Assembly: GCA_963924565.1 (NCBI GenBank)
Contig: OZ004613.1
Location: forward strand, 24,490,001-24,554,000
From: Ascidiella aspersa
Lineage: Eukaryota
Length of the DNA: 64,000 nucleotides
Direction of reading: 5' to 3'
Part shown: piece after piece, positions 11,703-26,600 of the stretch
Numbering within the stretch: position 1 is the stretch's first letter
Layout: every line of letters starts with the position of its first letter
Notes under the pieces: model-generated
Databases searched by the model: none
What the model was told of the DNA's origin: nothing
What the model saw: the letters and a program-made list of their open reading frames with translations, nothing else
Made by a program: the position numbers and the translations under genes

Positions 11703-14700
11703 CAAACAACAAACTGGACTTTGAAGTGAATTAAAGCTGCCCGTTTTCTCCGAATTTTATTTTTCCAGTGTTTTTTTTTTTTAAATGTTACTGCCGATTT
11801 TTTTGTTGCAATGTTTTTTATTGGTTTTGTTTTCGCTTGGCTGTTTTGGGGCGTCCTGGAAAGTGCTGTTCGCTCGTTTGTTTTTGCTCGGTTTGTTTTT
11901 TTCTTTCTTTTTTTGGTGCACAGTTTATTTTGTTAGGCAATTGTGTTCGTTTTCAGGTGCGGAGAGATTTATTAAAGAGTTACGTTTATACACTTTTTTG
12001 GTTAATTTTAGCCTAGGATAGAAAACTGCAGTAAAAAAATCAACTTTTGAAACTGCTGAAAACACTTAAAAGAATTGATTTAGCGTAAAACTGGTAGACT
12101 GAACGCCATCCGACAGTTAAAAAAGGTTTTCCTCACAGATTCGCACTGTTTGAAAATACTTAAAATAAATGATTTAGCGTAAGAATTTGTGAACTGAACG
12201 GGTTTAACAACAAAATATATTTGACTGTGTCAGGTAGGTTTTGTGCAATTTATCTATAAGCTTCCATCGTTTTTTAATCTCGGCACGTAAACCATTGTTG
12301 AGAGTGCCATTTATCAGCGTTTCTTAATTCAGCTTACTTGTAGTTTATGTTTGCCGTAAATATTTGCAAACAGTCAAGGGGTTAAGGGTCAGAACTCAGC
12401 GGACAAAGGCACGATTTAAGTCGACCGTTTGTCACCCGAATTATCACTTAACGAGTAGGATCATTTCGTTTCTGTGTTTGGATTAGTGCACTATGTTGGG
12501 AAGTGGAATAATTTTAGGTTGTAGCAACATCTACTCTACCCTACACTTAGTGAATTTCGACAACCAAGGTATTTAAAAAAAAATTTTGCTCTTAAATAGT
12601 TGTTGAGTAGAAATTTGAGCAATTTAACTGTCACAGGGTCTAACTACAGTTAAAATAAAATATTTTAAGTCATGTATTCGACATCGAGGAGCCGTATGGT
12701 ATGCAATCCTGATTAGGTCAATAAAATTTCGAAGGCAGCTGTTTCGAAAGCACCCGGTATACAACTGCGTTTTATATCAAATCGTCGGCTTTTTCAGTCC
12801 ACACAATACTTAAATGCTTAATGTTAGAGCGTTGGTATTTTACGATACACAGTTAACTAGTAACATAACTTAATTGTTTATTTACGATTTTGTTGGTCTA
12901 TGCCACTAACTAAAAGACTGAAATTGTAAATGCTGCAAAAAAAGTTATGCTAAAAGCTTGCCCCTAATATGCCTAAATCAAACAATGGTTTAGCTTCATA
13001 GCTTAATCTAAATTTTCAGTATATGTTTTAAAGTAGAGAAAAATTATCTGAAGCGCAGAAATAAATGCTAGCCAAATCGGAAATAGCAACCCGTGATTTC
13101 TTTATGCGAAAAATACCCTATTTTGCCGGATGTTGTAGTTACCTATTTTTCATTTTATTATGTTCTGTGTAACTCGCTGCCGTAAATGGGTTTGCTTTTT
13201 TTTCACTAAAAACAATTGGTCTCAAATGCAAATTGTATTTTGCCAGCATGGCTGGATTTCCAGCAAATTAGGGCCGAAACTGTGTCGCTTAAAACTACCC
13301 GACGTGCTGCCGAAGACACGCCGAAGTCATTTTTAGCGAATTATGACGTAAGCTATTCAGTTACGCACCTAATTATCGTCATACATTATGCTTAGGCTAA
13401 ACAACTTTTTCGCAAGCAGGCGAGAAAAATGAGATCTTATCTTTTTCGTTGGGCGAAATAATTGCGCGGCGACCCTTGGGCTAAATATAGCGAAGTTGTC
13501 AGGTAACATCTCCAACTCAATGTAAAAAAATTGGATTGCAAAGAAAATCTAACTGAATGTACCTAAAACTAAAAGGTCCGTGAATTAACGAAATTGGAAT
13601 CATTCCTATTTTTTTTATTGAAAAACGTAGAATTGTGTTACCGTTACCACTAAAATAAATAACTGGTTCTATGATCGAAGGATTTGAAACACGTTAGATA
13701 CATCTTAGGAGTTAATATATATCCGTGTAAAGCTAATTTAACGTAATCAGTCGCATAAGCTAGCGTACCGATCATTAGACTACATTTCAACGAAAAAGTA
13801 GCGCTGATGTGAACTTTAGAATGTTTGTGATTGGGTGATAGCTGCTGTGCAAGATAAGCCCGGTGTTTTTTCAGCCGAACAATTTCTTCGATTGGACGCT
13901 CTTGTCTGAGCGGAAATCTTTGTAATCACAACTGAGCGAATGGATTCTGCAGCAATTGGCGGCTGTCAAAATATATTAGGAGCGGCGAGGGTTGTTGTCT
14001 TTTTGAAGGCGAAGGTTTTAACCTACAATTACTCGTGTTCAATAACAGAGAAGTAAATGCGTGAGTTAAATTTAGCAGGACATCGTTAGGCTTGATTGCA
14101 ATCCGAAACATCTTCTTCCAAGTGCGCCACATGACAATTAAAATGCATTTGTACTGAGTCATACAAAGTATTATTCCTACGTATTCATTGGGGATTATTC
14201 AGCATGTTAGATACCTTGTTTCGGCATCTCATCGATCATGACGAGTATATGTGTCTCTTGACTTGCAATTATATCAGTAACGATGGTTAGTGATTGAAAG
14301 TTGATTCATTGCCGCATTTTAAGGTCACGACATTATAAAGCTGATTTGTTGAATCATTAGCTCAGTCTATAAGGTGCACGGAAAAATGAATAAAAGTTAC
14401 AGTGCGACTGCGTTAAAGCTACGGATTTTACTGGTGTTTTCGGTCTTTAGTGCGCAATACATTTTAAAATGATCAGCTTTGAGAGAGTTAAATGATGACA
14501 GCCAGTTGTGAAAGTATTGTAAAAATGTTAGGAGCCAAGGTGCGATAAAGTTTTGTGTTTCTACTCGTATCCTTCTCTATACGTGGTGAAAAAAGGATAC
14601 TATGGCGTTTCACTATTTGTTAGAGTGTATTGAGGAAAGCAATGTAATTTGTGTACTTCACTCAGCAGAATTGGTTGTGCCAAAATATTTTGCCTTTTGT

Positions 14701-17239
14701 CTTAACTCGTTTTAAATACGGAAGTGTCAGGACCCGAGTTGTTTGCAGTCATTATTATCAATCGTAAAAGTATATCTGAAAAAATATCAGCTTTAAAATA
14801 CCGCCATTGGTATCTCGCCTCAAATCTAATCCGCAAGCCTCATGAAGTCTTATAGGGGCTTCACGTTGTTTACCGGGAGAGGCGTGCCTAAAAGAGTCGA
14901 AAATCCGGTTTGAGGCTAACACAAGATTTACAGCGTACATAGTTTTCATATATATGACAATGCTGGGCCATGTTAGGATGTAGGTGGGTTTTATGCAGCT
15001 AAGTAATCAAGGTTCCTTTTGCTAAATACGATATTTTTTCATTCACAAATTATCATGTTTTGTTAAAACACGAACAGATTTGTACAGTTTATAGTTTATT
15101 TTGGTTGTTATCTATTTCAGGTTTTAATTTACCCCAGTAATTTACCCCATTATTGGCCTTTTTTAATTTCTAAAGTTCTTTTGATTCTTTTTGCTAATAG
15201 TGAGGGATAGGACCAGTAGGTTTTGTCTATAAATTAAAATCATGGGCCTTCGGCAAACATATTACAGTATTATGTTGTTATTCGCAGTCCGGGCGTTAAC
15301 AATTCGATTTGGCAATTTAATTTGACATAAATTAACACAATTTGGTGACCAGGCCAATACCAGGCTAATCGAAAAGCCAGTATTTTGAACCCGTAGAGAT
15401 AACAGTTCTGCCGTATTAAAAAACGATACTGCGATATCGAAATACGATGGTTATACCCTTGATCCAAATTATCCGTGACTCACTTGCGACGAGATGACGG
15501 ATGTTGTGTTATCTTGCATTCGATATTCGGAGAATCATCTCCACACTTATGACACATTAACACCTGCGGTATGACGTAATGCATTCGCGAGCGTCGACCA
15601 AGAAACCAGCCTTGTAATTAGAGTCGGATTTGGGCGGCCGGAACTTGGAAAGTGTCATCTTTGCTGGCAACGCGACCGCGCGACAAGCGACAAAAGGCGA
15701 CATTTATCTTGAATTGAGGTCGCGCCAAGACAAAGCATTTGCGGTTTTGGCGAGTGGTCAAAACACGACGGAAAATCGGTACATTTCGGCCAAACATTGT
15801 GGGAACGTTTCTCGCAGTAGCCGCTTGGCCATCTGCTGGCAAACACATCATAAGTGCGCCGTTGTAATTTGGCCAAATAGCGAGGTTGCGTATCCGTTTC
15901 GGATCGCAATCGAAATCCAGTGCCTTGTACTTGACTTATGATGGCCAACGTTTAAGTTACATTGTTAAGCTTGGAGTTGCTCTCGGAAATTTGCGGCTCT
16001 GCTAATAAAGGGCTCTTAACGGAATTTAGATTCGACAACTTTATGACACGTTCTTTTCAACTTACATGCAATATTACAACTTCGGGTAAGCAACTATACA
16101 AGATCTAGAAATACACACCTTAAAATTTGTACGTTTTTATCAACCCAATATAGGACGAACGTTGATTCTAGGTATTTGCCGCTTCTTGTGCGGTCGACTT
16201 AAACATCCACCCTTCAGATTTTTCCCGAAACTTTGCTTACAAATCCGTCAAATAAATGGACTCGGCAGGCGACATCGGCAGGCGACATCGTCCCTTGGAA
16301 ATCTCACTTTAAAATCTTTTTAAACACGTCCAGACGTGTCTGTCGCATTGTTAGGGCGAGCGTATACGCAGAACTTCGCCCGGTTGCCAAATCTGTTTTT
16401 CATTCGTCAGGACAGGGTCAAAGTGAATGTTTTCGTTACGGCGTATGTTTCTCACCGGCACTGAAGCCTGCAATTTAATCTGACCCAGGACGAAGCGGTC
16501 AAAATTGATTTGACACCTATAGGAAAATAAGTGCGCCGTTCGTCGGCCGCCGCTACTACAAAGGCCGATCTAATGCGATATTCGTGTACGTCTAACCGAG
16601 TTCGTTTAGTTTCTACGTATGCTCGATAATATCGGATCGCAGCCGATACCCGTTTTCAAGTGATAATATCGATAATCGTCCGATACTATAGGCTGGTAAC
16701 GGTGTCGATCCAAGCCAAATTAGTTTATTTTGTGATTAAACGTATATAGTCGTCTACATTAAAAGCTAAATTTATTCGAAAATCTTACTTTAAAATGGAA
16801 GAGAAATATGCTTCCGAAATCTCAAACTTTAATTTGATCATTTTTTTTCGTTATTTGACCATATAGCAAATACATAATCTGTTATCCAATCGGACAGCCG
16901 TTGGGTTAGCCCAAAATATCACATATCGTTATCGCAATAGAATACAAAGTGTTCGCAATCCCTCTTATAAGCAACCGCCGTTTTTTGTGGTCGGCGTTTA
17001 TGTCACCGGCCAACTCCAGCGTCGTACAATACACGAGCCGACGAAATCCGGCCAAATTGCCGGGTGCGGAAGACCCGCTCGCGTCTGCAGCTGCGCTGTC
17101 GAGGCCCGGTACACGTTCGAGACGCGCTGCAGCCGAGTCGGAAAAGGCGGCATCATAAACGGCACCTGCTGGTCTGACTTGATTTGACTACGCGCAAGAA
17201 AATGTCAAGTCGGTATAACGCGGAATACGCATCGGCATT

Positions 17240-17635
17240 CAGTGGCGTAGCCAGCAGAAAATTTTTGAGGGGGGTAAAAAGTCTTTTGTTTATCTTTTGC
17301 CATTGTATTAACTGCCGTAACGAACACAAACAAATATGCTAGCAAACCGTTTCAAGCAGCAACTGACTGAGTGGTAATGCAAGACTCAAAAACCATTCAA
17401 ATAGCAAAAATTTACTGCAAGTAGTAAAGCTACATTAATGCACAGCAAACGTAATATTAACTACATTGTTTATGACGTAACAGTGCATGACAACTAAAGG
17501 TGTGGCATGCCTGTGATCGACTGTTGAGGTACTGCTCAATAATGCTACAAATCAAATATTTAAGAGTATAGTATTTATATATTTTTTTTTTTTTTGGGGG
17601 GGGGGTCGCCCCTTTACCCCCTGGCTACCCTTATG
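17240..17635. mobile_element. hAT-type MITE (CAGTGGCGTAGCCAG family)
   Basis: Ends CAGTGGCGTAGCCAG / CTGGCTACCCTTATG; TSD TCGGCATT vs TCGGCGAT (6/8); G-runs near both termini. Confidence 0.7.
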
Positions 17636-20600
17636 TCGGCGATTCTCCGACAGCGAGCTTGTCCATTTGATAGTTAAAATCCAGCCAGGACTTTTTGGGA
17701 TTTTGACTTACGGATGTCGCTGCCATTTACACCATCACACTTGTCGTTAGGTATATGGAAATAGCTACCGTTGGAACTATTGGATTTATGCTATTTACCG
17801 TTTGCAAAACACATTGATTTCCAGGTAAAAGCGGTGTAAGTACAACATTGTGAAAATGCGAAAACCAGTACGGAAACGTCGTTTCTATTGATTTAATGGC
17901 GAAAACAAAGTCGAACAAAGGCAACTTTTACTTCGAAACATTGTGGCACACTTCACCAGGCTCCAATTGTTTTACGTGTTTTACCTTGGTCGCCGACCAG
18001 CTTTAATATTTTGTCCTTGGCGTGCGCTAAAGTGTTACAAACGACCTAAAGAGCGTCGCATTCCGCGCAATCAGTTTCGGATTGTTTCGGTAACCATTTC
18101 ATCATCAAAACACTTAGAGCGGACCATGTTATCGCGACCCGGTAAGCTTGTGAACTCTTTTTTTGCTTGACAGTCAATCAGTTTGGCCGGCAGCGGCTTG
18201 TCGTTGTTGCGCTATGAACGAGGCGGGTAGCCTCAAGCCAGTCTCGTGGCCACACTCTTTTTAGCCGGCGAGCTTTTCACTGTCGCATTTTGACGTAGGC
18301 GTAGGCGAGACTGTTGCAGATGTGCGAATTTTGATAAACAAACATGTGTTCCACTGTTGAAGTCAGGAACAGGATTAATCAGCTAGAGTACATAGTTAAG
18401 ATCGTACACTCTCTTTGTAGTTGCTTACTGACCAAAGGAATTTTTACCGAACAGTATACTTTTTAGATTTGTTGTAACCGTACACCGCTAGCGACAGGCT
18501 TTGGTTTTGATAAGCTGGTAAGATATGTAAGGACGCTGAGTTAAAATTTTAAAGTACTGCGTCGTTTTGAGAGAAACCTATAATTTGAAAAAGTCGACAA
18601 CATTTCAGTTTGCAAGGTAAAACGGGTGACGAAATATTCTTTCAAACAAAATGGGTATAAAAGTGCTAAAACGACTGGTCATGATTGAATTTTAGGATTA
18701 AATGTTGGGCATGAGCCTGTGGAAAACCGCTCTACTTCAGTTTACAATTTTATTCAAGCGAAAAAGCAAGTAATTGGATCAATGAGGAAACGTCCAATTT
18801 GCCGCTTCGATATAATAGGCACTTCTGAAAATGTTACCAATGTACGCTATCGATTAGTTCGGTTTTTCGCAATTACTGGCAAACGTGTGGCAATGTTCCA
18901 TCAGAACTGCCAGTGGGGATTTCCAGCAAATATAAGAGTGCAAAAAGAGTAATTTACGACCATTAACATTCGAAATTATGCTTGCTAATTGCTCCCAATG
19001 TTAAGGCACCCAATCACGTAGCCTTCACTATTCTAAACAATCTACAACTGAAAGACTGTTGCAGATTACAAAATCATCAAGGTCATCGATGGGCTTCATT
19101 ACATGGTATTCGTGATTTAACCACTCAAAGATACTTGTTGCTATTCTCTCGTTATCAAGATTATTCTCAGGGCTGTGAAAGTTTGAAGCACAGCCAATTG
19201 AATTTGTCAATTTTGTTTGTGTCGTTCTGATTCACGTAAGCCGCTTACATTGCAGTGATGAAAAACTTTGTTGTTTTGTTGACAATAACGTGTTGCGTTG
19301 TTTATGTCATATGAATGAGTTTTTTCGTTTGTTTTCGCCTTATTTAAACCAGAAAATGTTGAGATTTTTTTATCCGTTTGATAAATTAGTAAATGTATAT
19401 TTAGTGTAATAGTGTTCGTCAGGTCAAATTATTTCTAATAATGCGTTGTTAAAATGACGGGTAATATTTCAGCTTTTAAAATTTGAAGTGCAACACGAAA
19501 AGGTTTTGGTTAAATTGGTATTTTTGTCAGCTTGTGTTGACATAATTTGATGTGGGAAGATCAAAACTCGACTCCTGGCAATGACACGCTGACAACCATC
19601 AATACATGTTTCGGGATTAATTACCCAAACAACCAAAATGGGTCCAAAGAACTCCAATTTCAGGCCAACAACAAATTACTGGTGGCTTAATGATAACAAC
19701 TGTCGCGCCAAATCCGTAGGCGGAGTGTTAGCCATATCAAACAGCAGCCTCGCTTGCTTTTTCCAGTAAAGATTATATTAGCTACAGTTTTGCCTTGCAT
19801 CCAATCTAACATACCCGCATGCGCCCACGTCTGTTGTCAGTCGAAATATTTTGAAGTTATCAGCGAAATGCACTTGTCTGGCAGTTTTCCGAGCGTAGAC
19901 AGAGCACAAAAGAGTGCGGTTTTTACGAAGTGCTTTAAGTGATTGTGCAAATTACTTACGATCTTTGCATTGTTAGAAACGTTTGAGATAATTTTGTAAT
20001 TGCAGGATTAAGTTTGAATTTACAGATTTAAGGAAAGCATATGAGTTTGTGGGCAACAAAGAATCCTGTATTGGAGTAATTTGGGCGATCAGTGCTTAAT
20101 AGTAACATTTGTTCCGCATAATGATAAATTTCATAGTATATACGCATAAACGACTGGGAGAAATAAACATTCCCAACCTTAAAAAACAATGAAGTGAAAA
20201 ACATTTTGTATCATAATTTTTGTTACGAAGCACATCAGCGCTCATTGGCAACTTGAAAATGCAAATCTTTTTTGACTTTAGTTTTACTTGTGGGACTGCA
20301 AGTCTTAAAATTTCCGCGTTCGGTATTGAGGCAGTTGGTGTACCTGTATCGTAGGTTATTTTTTGCGGTGATCTAACCCGGAGATAACGCTTATTTATCC
20401 TTGCCTCTAGAGAAAAAAAGAAGCGGACAAGCCGCCTAAGCCGCATTCCTCCGGATGCAGCAGCGATAACTGGCAGCCGTTTCAGTGGCGATTTTAGCGG
20501 TTTTAAGTTGGCTCTGTGAACCGAAGAAACAAGGCCATGTCGACCTGAGCCCGCGGAACAATGCCGCCAAGAGGATTTCTGAAGAAGTGACGCACGTTTT

Positions 20601-20691
20601 CGTCTGTGACCTGGCCAAGTTTTGGAATTACCTCTGCTTTCTCAGCGCTTGGTTAACAAACGAAGATTGGAGTCTTAACAAGCTGTGAACG

Positions 20692-23600
20692 ATGCACGGA
20701 CAGAAGTGGACATTGCTTTCTTTAGTGCTGCTGGCCGCCGCCACATTTCAAGCGGTGTTTTGTGCGGATAAGCTGGTTTGTCAGTTCAAGCCGGTGTTTG
20801 CCACTGCTGAAGGTATGTGGAATGTAGGCTAAGCGCGCGGGTGTTTTTTTACATACCGACTTATGGCGACATCTTTTAAGGTTGGCCAACCGATTAAAAC
20901 CGAGTTTAGGATGTTCTAATGTTTAACAAAACTCCCTATTTATATTTCACGAAATAAAAACGCTTATATTTCATAGGCCCGACGGATATAGCCTAGTTCT
21001 CTTCTATATAATAAAATGTTATTCGTACGAAGTTTGCGACACTACAATAATAAACTAACCTCGTACCGTGCTAAATGCTAATCTTTTTCCAAGGCATTGA
21101 GTTACTATATAATTAGTTGCTGTCAATGTCACCTGATACTGCAAAACTCGGTGCTTATTTATTAAGTTAGTAGTTCCCACTATTCTATACTCTCACATAT
21201 CTTTTAACCCCTTTGGCTGCACAAAAAACTTAATTTGAATACAACGTTGCAAACCTTAAAATAACAATCGCCTTTACAGGTACATTACTGAACACAATCT
21301 TAGTAATATATAAAGACAAATTGTACTAAATTCTTGACAAGCTTTCGCCCAACCATGCTTCATCAGGATAAAAATTGTGTCTTCATTTATCTTATGCACT
21401 GTCACCTTATTCCTCTATTTAAATCTTAACACATCGTCCCTGTTTTAGGGGATGCACCCCCTCCCCCGCCCCCAACTACGTCACTGCTGGGGAGGAAGGC
21501 GGGGGTGAAACCGACCCACTGTTGCGGGGGAAGACCCTTTAACTCCGACCTGAGCCTTTGTTGTCTGGGCAAGGTTCTCAGTCAGACGCACAGAAAATGC
21601 TGTTTGGATGGTTCTAACGTTCCTAAAGCAAGCCGATGGTGAGTTTAAAGCAGAATTTGTCGTTCTCAACTTTAAACCAAAGGTCGGTCGACAACCTTTT
21701 CACAGTCGCGGGTCAAAAACAAATTAATGAAGAAAGATCTCTGCTGGCTGACTAAATTTTAACTAAGAATTATGTTATTATTAGTAGAAATATCTAAGCC
21801 CATACAGAAGTAGTTATCATAAAACGTCTAACGAAAACCTCCAACCATTATGCTCCACAGTTAAGTTATTGAAAAGTGTAGTTTTTAGGTTTTATTAGAA
21901 CAGTTGTAAATCTGGCCGAACTAGGATTATTCGCAATGAAAAACAATATAATGATGTTCGAGTATAGGCATAAAAGCGTTCGCGCGAACCACAACATAAC
22001 ATGTTGTTTGAATAATAATTAATACTCCTTGCGTGTCCCTATTTGAATTTACGTGACAATTTTTGTTGAATATAGCTGATTGAAACAAAGTGCTTCGCAA
22101 ATTTTAAAAATATTTAACCGCCAAGTTGTAGGAAAACAGGTTTAAAAAAAAACGAACACTGTTATGATTCACTTTCGAACTAGTAAAGTAGTGTGGGGGA
22201 CATTCCCTGTAATAAACACATTTATATTGTATGCGTGCAAGTCGCTTGTTGTCGCCACACATCGCGTGATTTACGACTTTCAATCAGTGAAGAAAACTCT
22301 AAATGTACAGAGCAATACACCCGACGAATTACAACTCGTTCACACCAGGATAAAACGAACAACAAACGGCGTAAATCCTTGTCAACACGAATTAAAGGTC
22401 GTCTTTGACGGCATCGTAACCAACTGCCCGTTAGGCTTTGTATCATTTGTGTTTCATATCAACGAACAACGCGCGTGGGTGCATTGTTGGAAGCCCTATA
22501 GCCTACACAAATGACTCAAGCTTACGGTTTGACGCCAGCATGCTTTTTACTCCGGGCGACCGCGAATAGGCGGCCGATTTTCGAATCCCGCCGCCGGCTA
22601 TGCCGAGTTAACGCTATTGCTCCGCGATCGAGCATCATTGCTGGAGATCAATGGGGTCGGGTTTACGCTTAACTAGAAGTTAATCGCCTAATGTTAGGCG
22701 CGCCGCACTTGCTTGCGCCAGATTGTGTCACGCTGCTGTACAGTAGGGCCTGGGGAGAAATCTCACACGCCTATCTCCAGTGTTAAACGATGCCCATATG
22801 ACTATATGTTTTGCTTCACCATTGGCGTGAGAAATTTTGCATTTTCTTTCGTCCACGAGTGCAGGGTTTCTTTCTTGACTTACTTGTATTCCAAGTTTAG
22901 TTCCCAGCATATACTCGTTCCAATAATTGCCCGGTAATCACGGTACGACATTTGCTTGTTTTGATCGGCTCTTGGTCATACTTGTTTATTTTTCGCAATT
23001 TACTGGAACAAATCTAAAGTATTCAAACAGTTGTGTCAATATACTTTGTTTATCTTAATGAGAAATTACCCTGTTATGCTCATGCGAATTTTTGTAACGG
23101 AGAAGCGGACAAAGTCAACTGTTAATATTTTACGTGTCGAAAGTCACTTGCCACTATATTATTTTTCCTAAATTATTGTACTAAACCACTAAGGCCAGAT
23201 ATTTTACATTGAAATTACTTACAAGTTCGTATTTTGAGAATCATGGACAACTTGGTTTGCTATATCCGCGGGTGTATTGGCTTAATGGCCTTCCAAACGC
23301 TATAGCATAAGGTGCATATATTATACACTTCTGCGTTGCCCTGACATTTCTATCAAAATATACCAGATCAGTCGAAATTTTTCCTGATTAGGTTAGGCAC
23401 CGCATAGGATCACGTAAGCAATATAAATCCGCGGACACTTTTTCGGACACTAAATAATCCCGGGAGGAGAAACAAAACACTGAAACTCTTCTGTTCCCAT
23501 GCAGTCGTTGCTACCCTACTTCGACGTGGCTCGTCCAGCAACTGGAAAAGCTCTCCGACCTGGAGTTTGAACTGACAGCACTGCTGGAAAACCTTGACCG

Positions 23601-26600
23601 CCAAGTTTCCACCATGAAACAGTTAAGTGAAGAACAGTTGTGCAGATTGCGTCGTGTAGGGATGACTGTTGATATCGGATCGCTGCCGATACCCGAGGCC
23701 AAATGGTAGCATGAGTACTCGTCCGATAGTGGAGCAGTATCGGTGTCGATCCGATACTAATTTATTATCGGAATTTTTGACATGATTTGCGATCTAAGGC
23801 AGCAATTTTTATCTTGAAAATTAATTTTATTTACTATAGAAGGGTAACTATAGGTTTCCTAACATTCAGCTAATGTTGGCGTAATATCTTTGAAACATTT
23901 TGACGTAATTACCTGTAAATGTTATAATTTAATCTATTTGAATTTTTTTGCCCAAAATATCTGGTGTCGGTTTCGGATTACAATGTAAAGTATCGGACAT
24001 CTCTAGTCATGTGTCCTGATATTTTTTTTCATTATGGTCAAAACATCAAGACACTTATTTTCATAGATATGGTAAAATTACTTTTTGTGTCAACCTAAGA
24101 ACATTAAAGTGACTAGAAAAGGACACCAACGGTCAAACGTGTGTATCTATCATGGCGGAAACCTATAATATGATTTTTTCGCCTAAAATAAATAATGGGG
24201 GGGGGGGGCGGTCGTTACACAGCAATAATACCTTGTACTTACTTTTAGGCAGGCGACTATAGCTGCAAAACGTTTTTTATACTTCGTTTGTTGATTTGGA
24301 GTAGACTGGAGAGTTAGAGTACACTATAAAGAAAACCTTTTTCGAGTTTTTTATTTGCGTGTTGTTTTATCGGCCTTCAGACAAGTTGCTAAAGTAATAT
24401 TTGTAATTATATCGAAACGCTGTTACCACAAACCAAGGACACAAGTCAGACTTTATTTAAAGCACCAGTACTGTTCTATGATTGATTGTTACAACAGTCA
24501 CAAAAACATTTTTAAATCATACATTACTCTGGTGGGAGGAGTACCGTCTATCGTGCTACATCGCATTGCCAACATTTAATGAAAGACACACGAACATGCA
24601 TTTAACATATGTAATGTATCCCTTCTGAAGCTTCTTTTTTACCAACGATTACGGCTTACGCATCAATAGTCCACCGAAAGCCATCGCAGACTAACCGAAT
24701 GGAGCCTGTGTAGCTCAGTTGTTAGATGGCCGGAGACATGGCCGGTATGGCCGGAGGTCGTGAGTTCGAACGTTGTTTTTCGAGCCTTCTTTTCTTGCAT
24801 CATTCATCAACAGATTCGGCTTTCGGTGTGCTCAATTTTTAGCTATAGTTAAACCCTGTCGCTTTTTTGCATCGAGTAGACTACAAATCATTTAGTTCCG
24901 CACACTGACTCCTGTCTTCCTTTCCAGGAAGGTGTTATCCAAGGAGGAGGTCCTGGGTGTCCTGGATGCAAGAGCGAACCGGATGTTTCAAGCGCTCATC
25001 CAACTTCTCGGCATCGACAGGAACCAGGCTCCGGGAGAAGTGGACGACATCATCGCCATGGTAACGCTCTTCTTTGTTTGTTGTTATTTCAATGACAAGA
25101 GATGTATCTGAACAACATTCGTTGTGTTAACCGTGTGCAAATACAGTTAACACAAGACATGAGAGAGTTGCGTTTTTTCATGTATATTTAAACGTGGCGA
25201 TACCTTCTGTGTTATTTCCAAAATAAGTACTATTTACTAAATGTTGATAATTTACATGGCACGATTTTAAGACAAACATCAATGTAATATGGCTGCTTCG
25301 GTTTAAATGTTCATTCTGCGGATCAAAACACAGATAAAATAAATTATAGAAATGAATTACTCTTAGGTGCATTAGTTAGTTTAAAACTTTTACATGTTAT
25401 TTAAAAAAAGTACTACTATAGTATTACTATTCCTGACCAATCTATACTAAAAACCTTTGTAATGGCTGCAAAGTATTTGCACAATGGCAAGTCAGGTGGT
25501 GGAAACCATTCCTGCAATGTGGCATGGGAGTTAACTACCCTTTATGTTTTCTGCTCTGGTTAAATCAATTGAGAGTTCATTCAACGCAGTCGTTCCCAAC
25601 CTTCGCTATTTTAAATTTTTCTACCTACCACACACATTTATAATGAAACCTAATTCTAAATCAGCTGCCATTGTGAAGTTGTGTATACTAACAGAATGCA
25701 GTGTTTATTGGCGTCATGCTTGATTTTCGATACGCTCCCGTTGAGCCTGTGTGGCCCAGCTTGTAAAGCGACGGTACCAAAAAGGCCGGAGGCCGTGAGT
25801 TCGACCCTTGTTACAGGCTAGTCGTTTTTCTAGCCTGCCTTGCTTGCATCATTGATCAACAGATGCATTTAGTCTGTTGAAAATTTACGGTGTGTATGAA
25901 AGCCGTTATCGTTCTTCGTTAACGTTTTTCAAAACGACTTTCGAAGGGCTACACGACTTCAAAAGGCTACACACAGTTGTCGAACATGTATGTGTGTCAT
26001 TCTAATTAAGCTGTTCACAAAATTTGTGCTTCGAAAGATTGATTTTAATTTCTGATGAGCTGTTTTGCAAGTGAGAGTTGATTTAACGCACCTTCTTAAA
26101 ACCTATAGATCCGCTTCCTTAACACGAACGAAGACTACACGGCGCAAGCGCGGAAAAACGCAAACCTCTTCGAGGAGAGCTTCGTCGGCCTTGTCGACAT
26201 CACAAATGACGGCACCGCGTCCTCCGACGATCCCGGAGGAACAAACGCTGAGGTGGAGGAAGAGGATGTCCGTGAGAACCTCCGGAGAATCAAGAGGGAG
26301 ATCGAACAGCTGGAAAGAAGCGCGAGAGCTGCTGAGGGTGTGTCGCAACAGGTTGGCCGAGCGTTGAAGTGTGCGTTTGGTTGTATATGTTTACGCAAGG
26401 GATGAGGAGTCGGTTTAAAATAACCCGAGTCGACTTTGGCCAAAAATGTTAATCGCGAGTCCGATTTCCGAGTCCGACTCCGGCCAAATGTAAGATTTTG
26501 TCGAGTCCTGCGTTCGGCTTAGACTCTATAGCTTGTATTTCACCCATTTACTTGACTGAAGTAAGTTGGATATTCAGCAATCCACTCATAGAAGTGTCAT

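Noticed and set aside
11768-12021. Hydrophobic F/L/C-rich ORFs resembling membrane proteins
   Set aside because: They arise from T-rich low-complexity sequence in the probable 3' UTR of the first gene.
16949-17187. GC-rich short ORFs as a small extra gene
   Set aside because: No convincing start or splice partners and no recognisable domain; kept only as a non-coding island candidate.
24702-24790. tRNA genes at 24702 and 25743
   Set aside because: A and B boxes are present but I could not fold a complete cloverleaf, and both continue into a shared non-tRNA tail, which fits SINEs.
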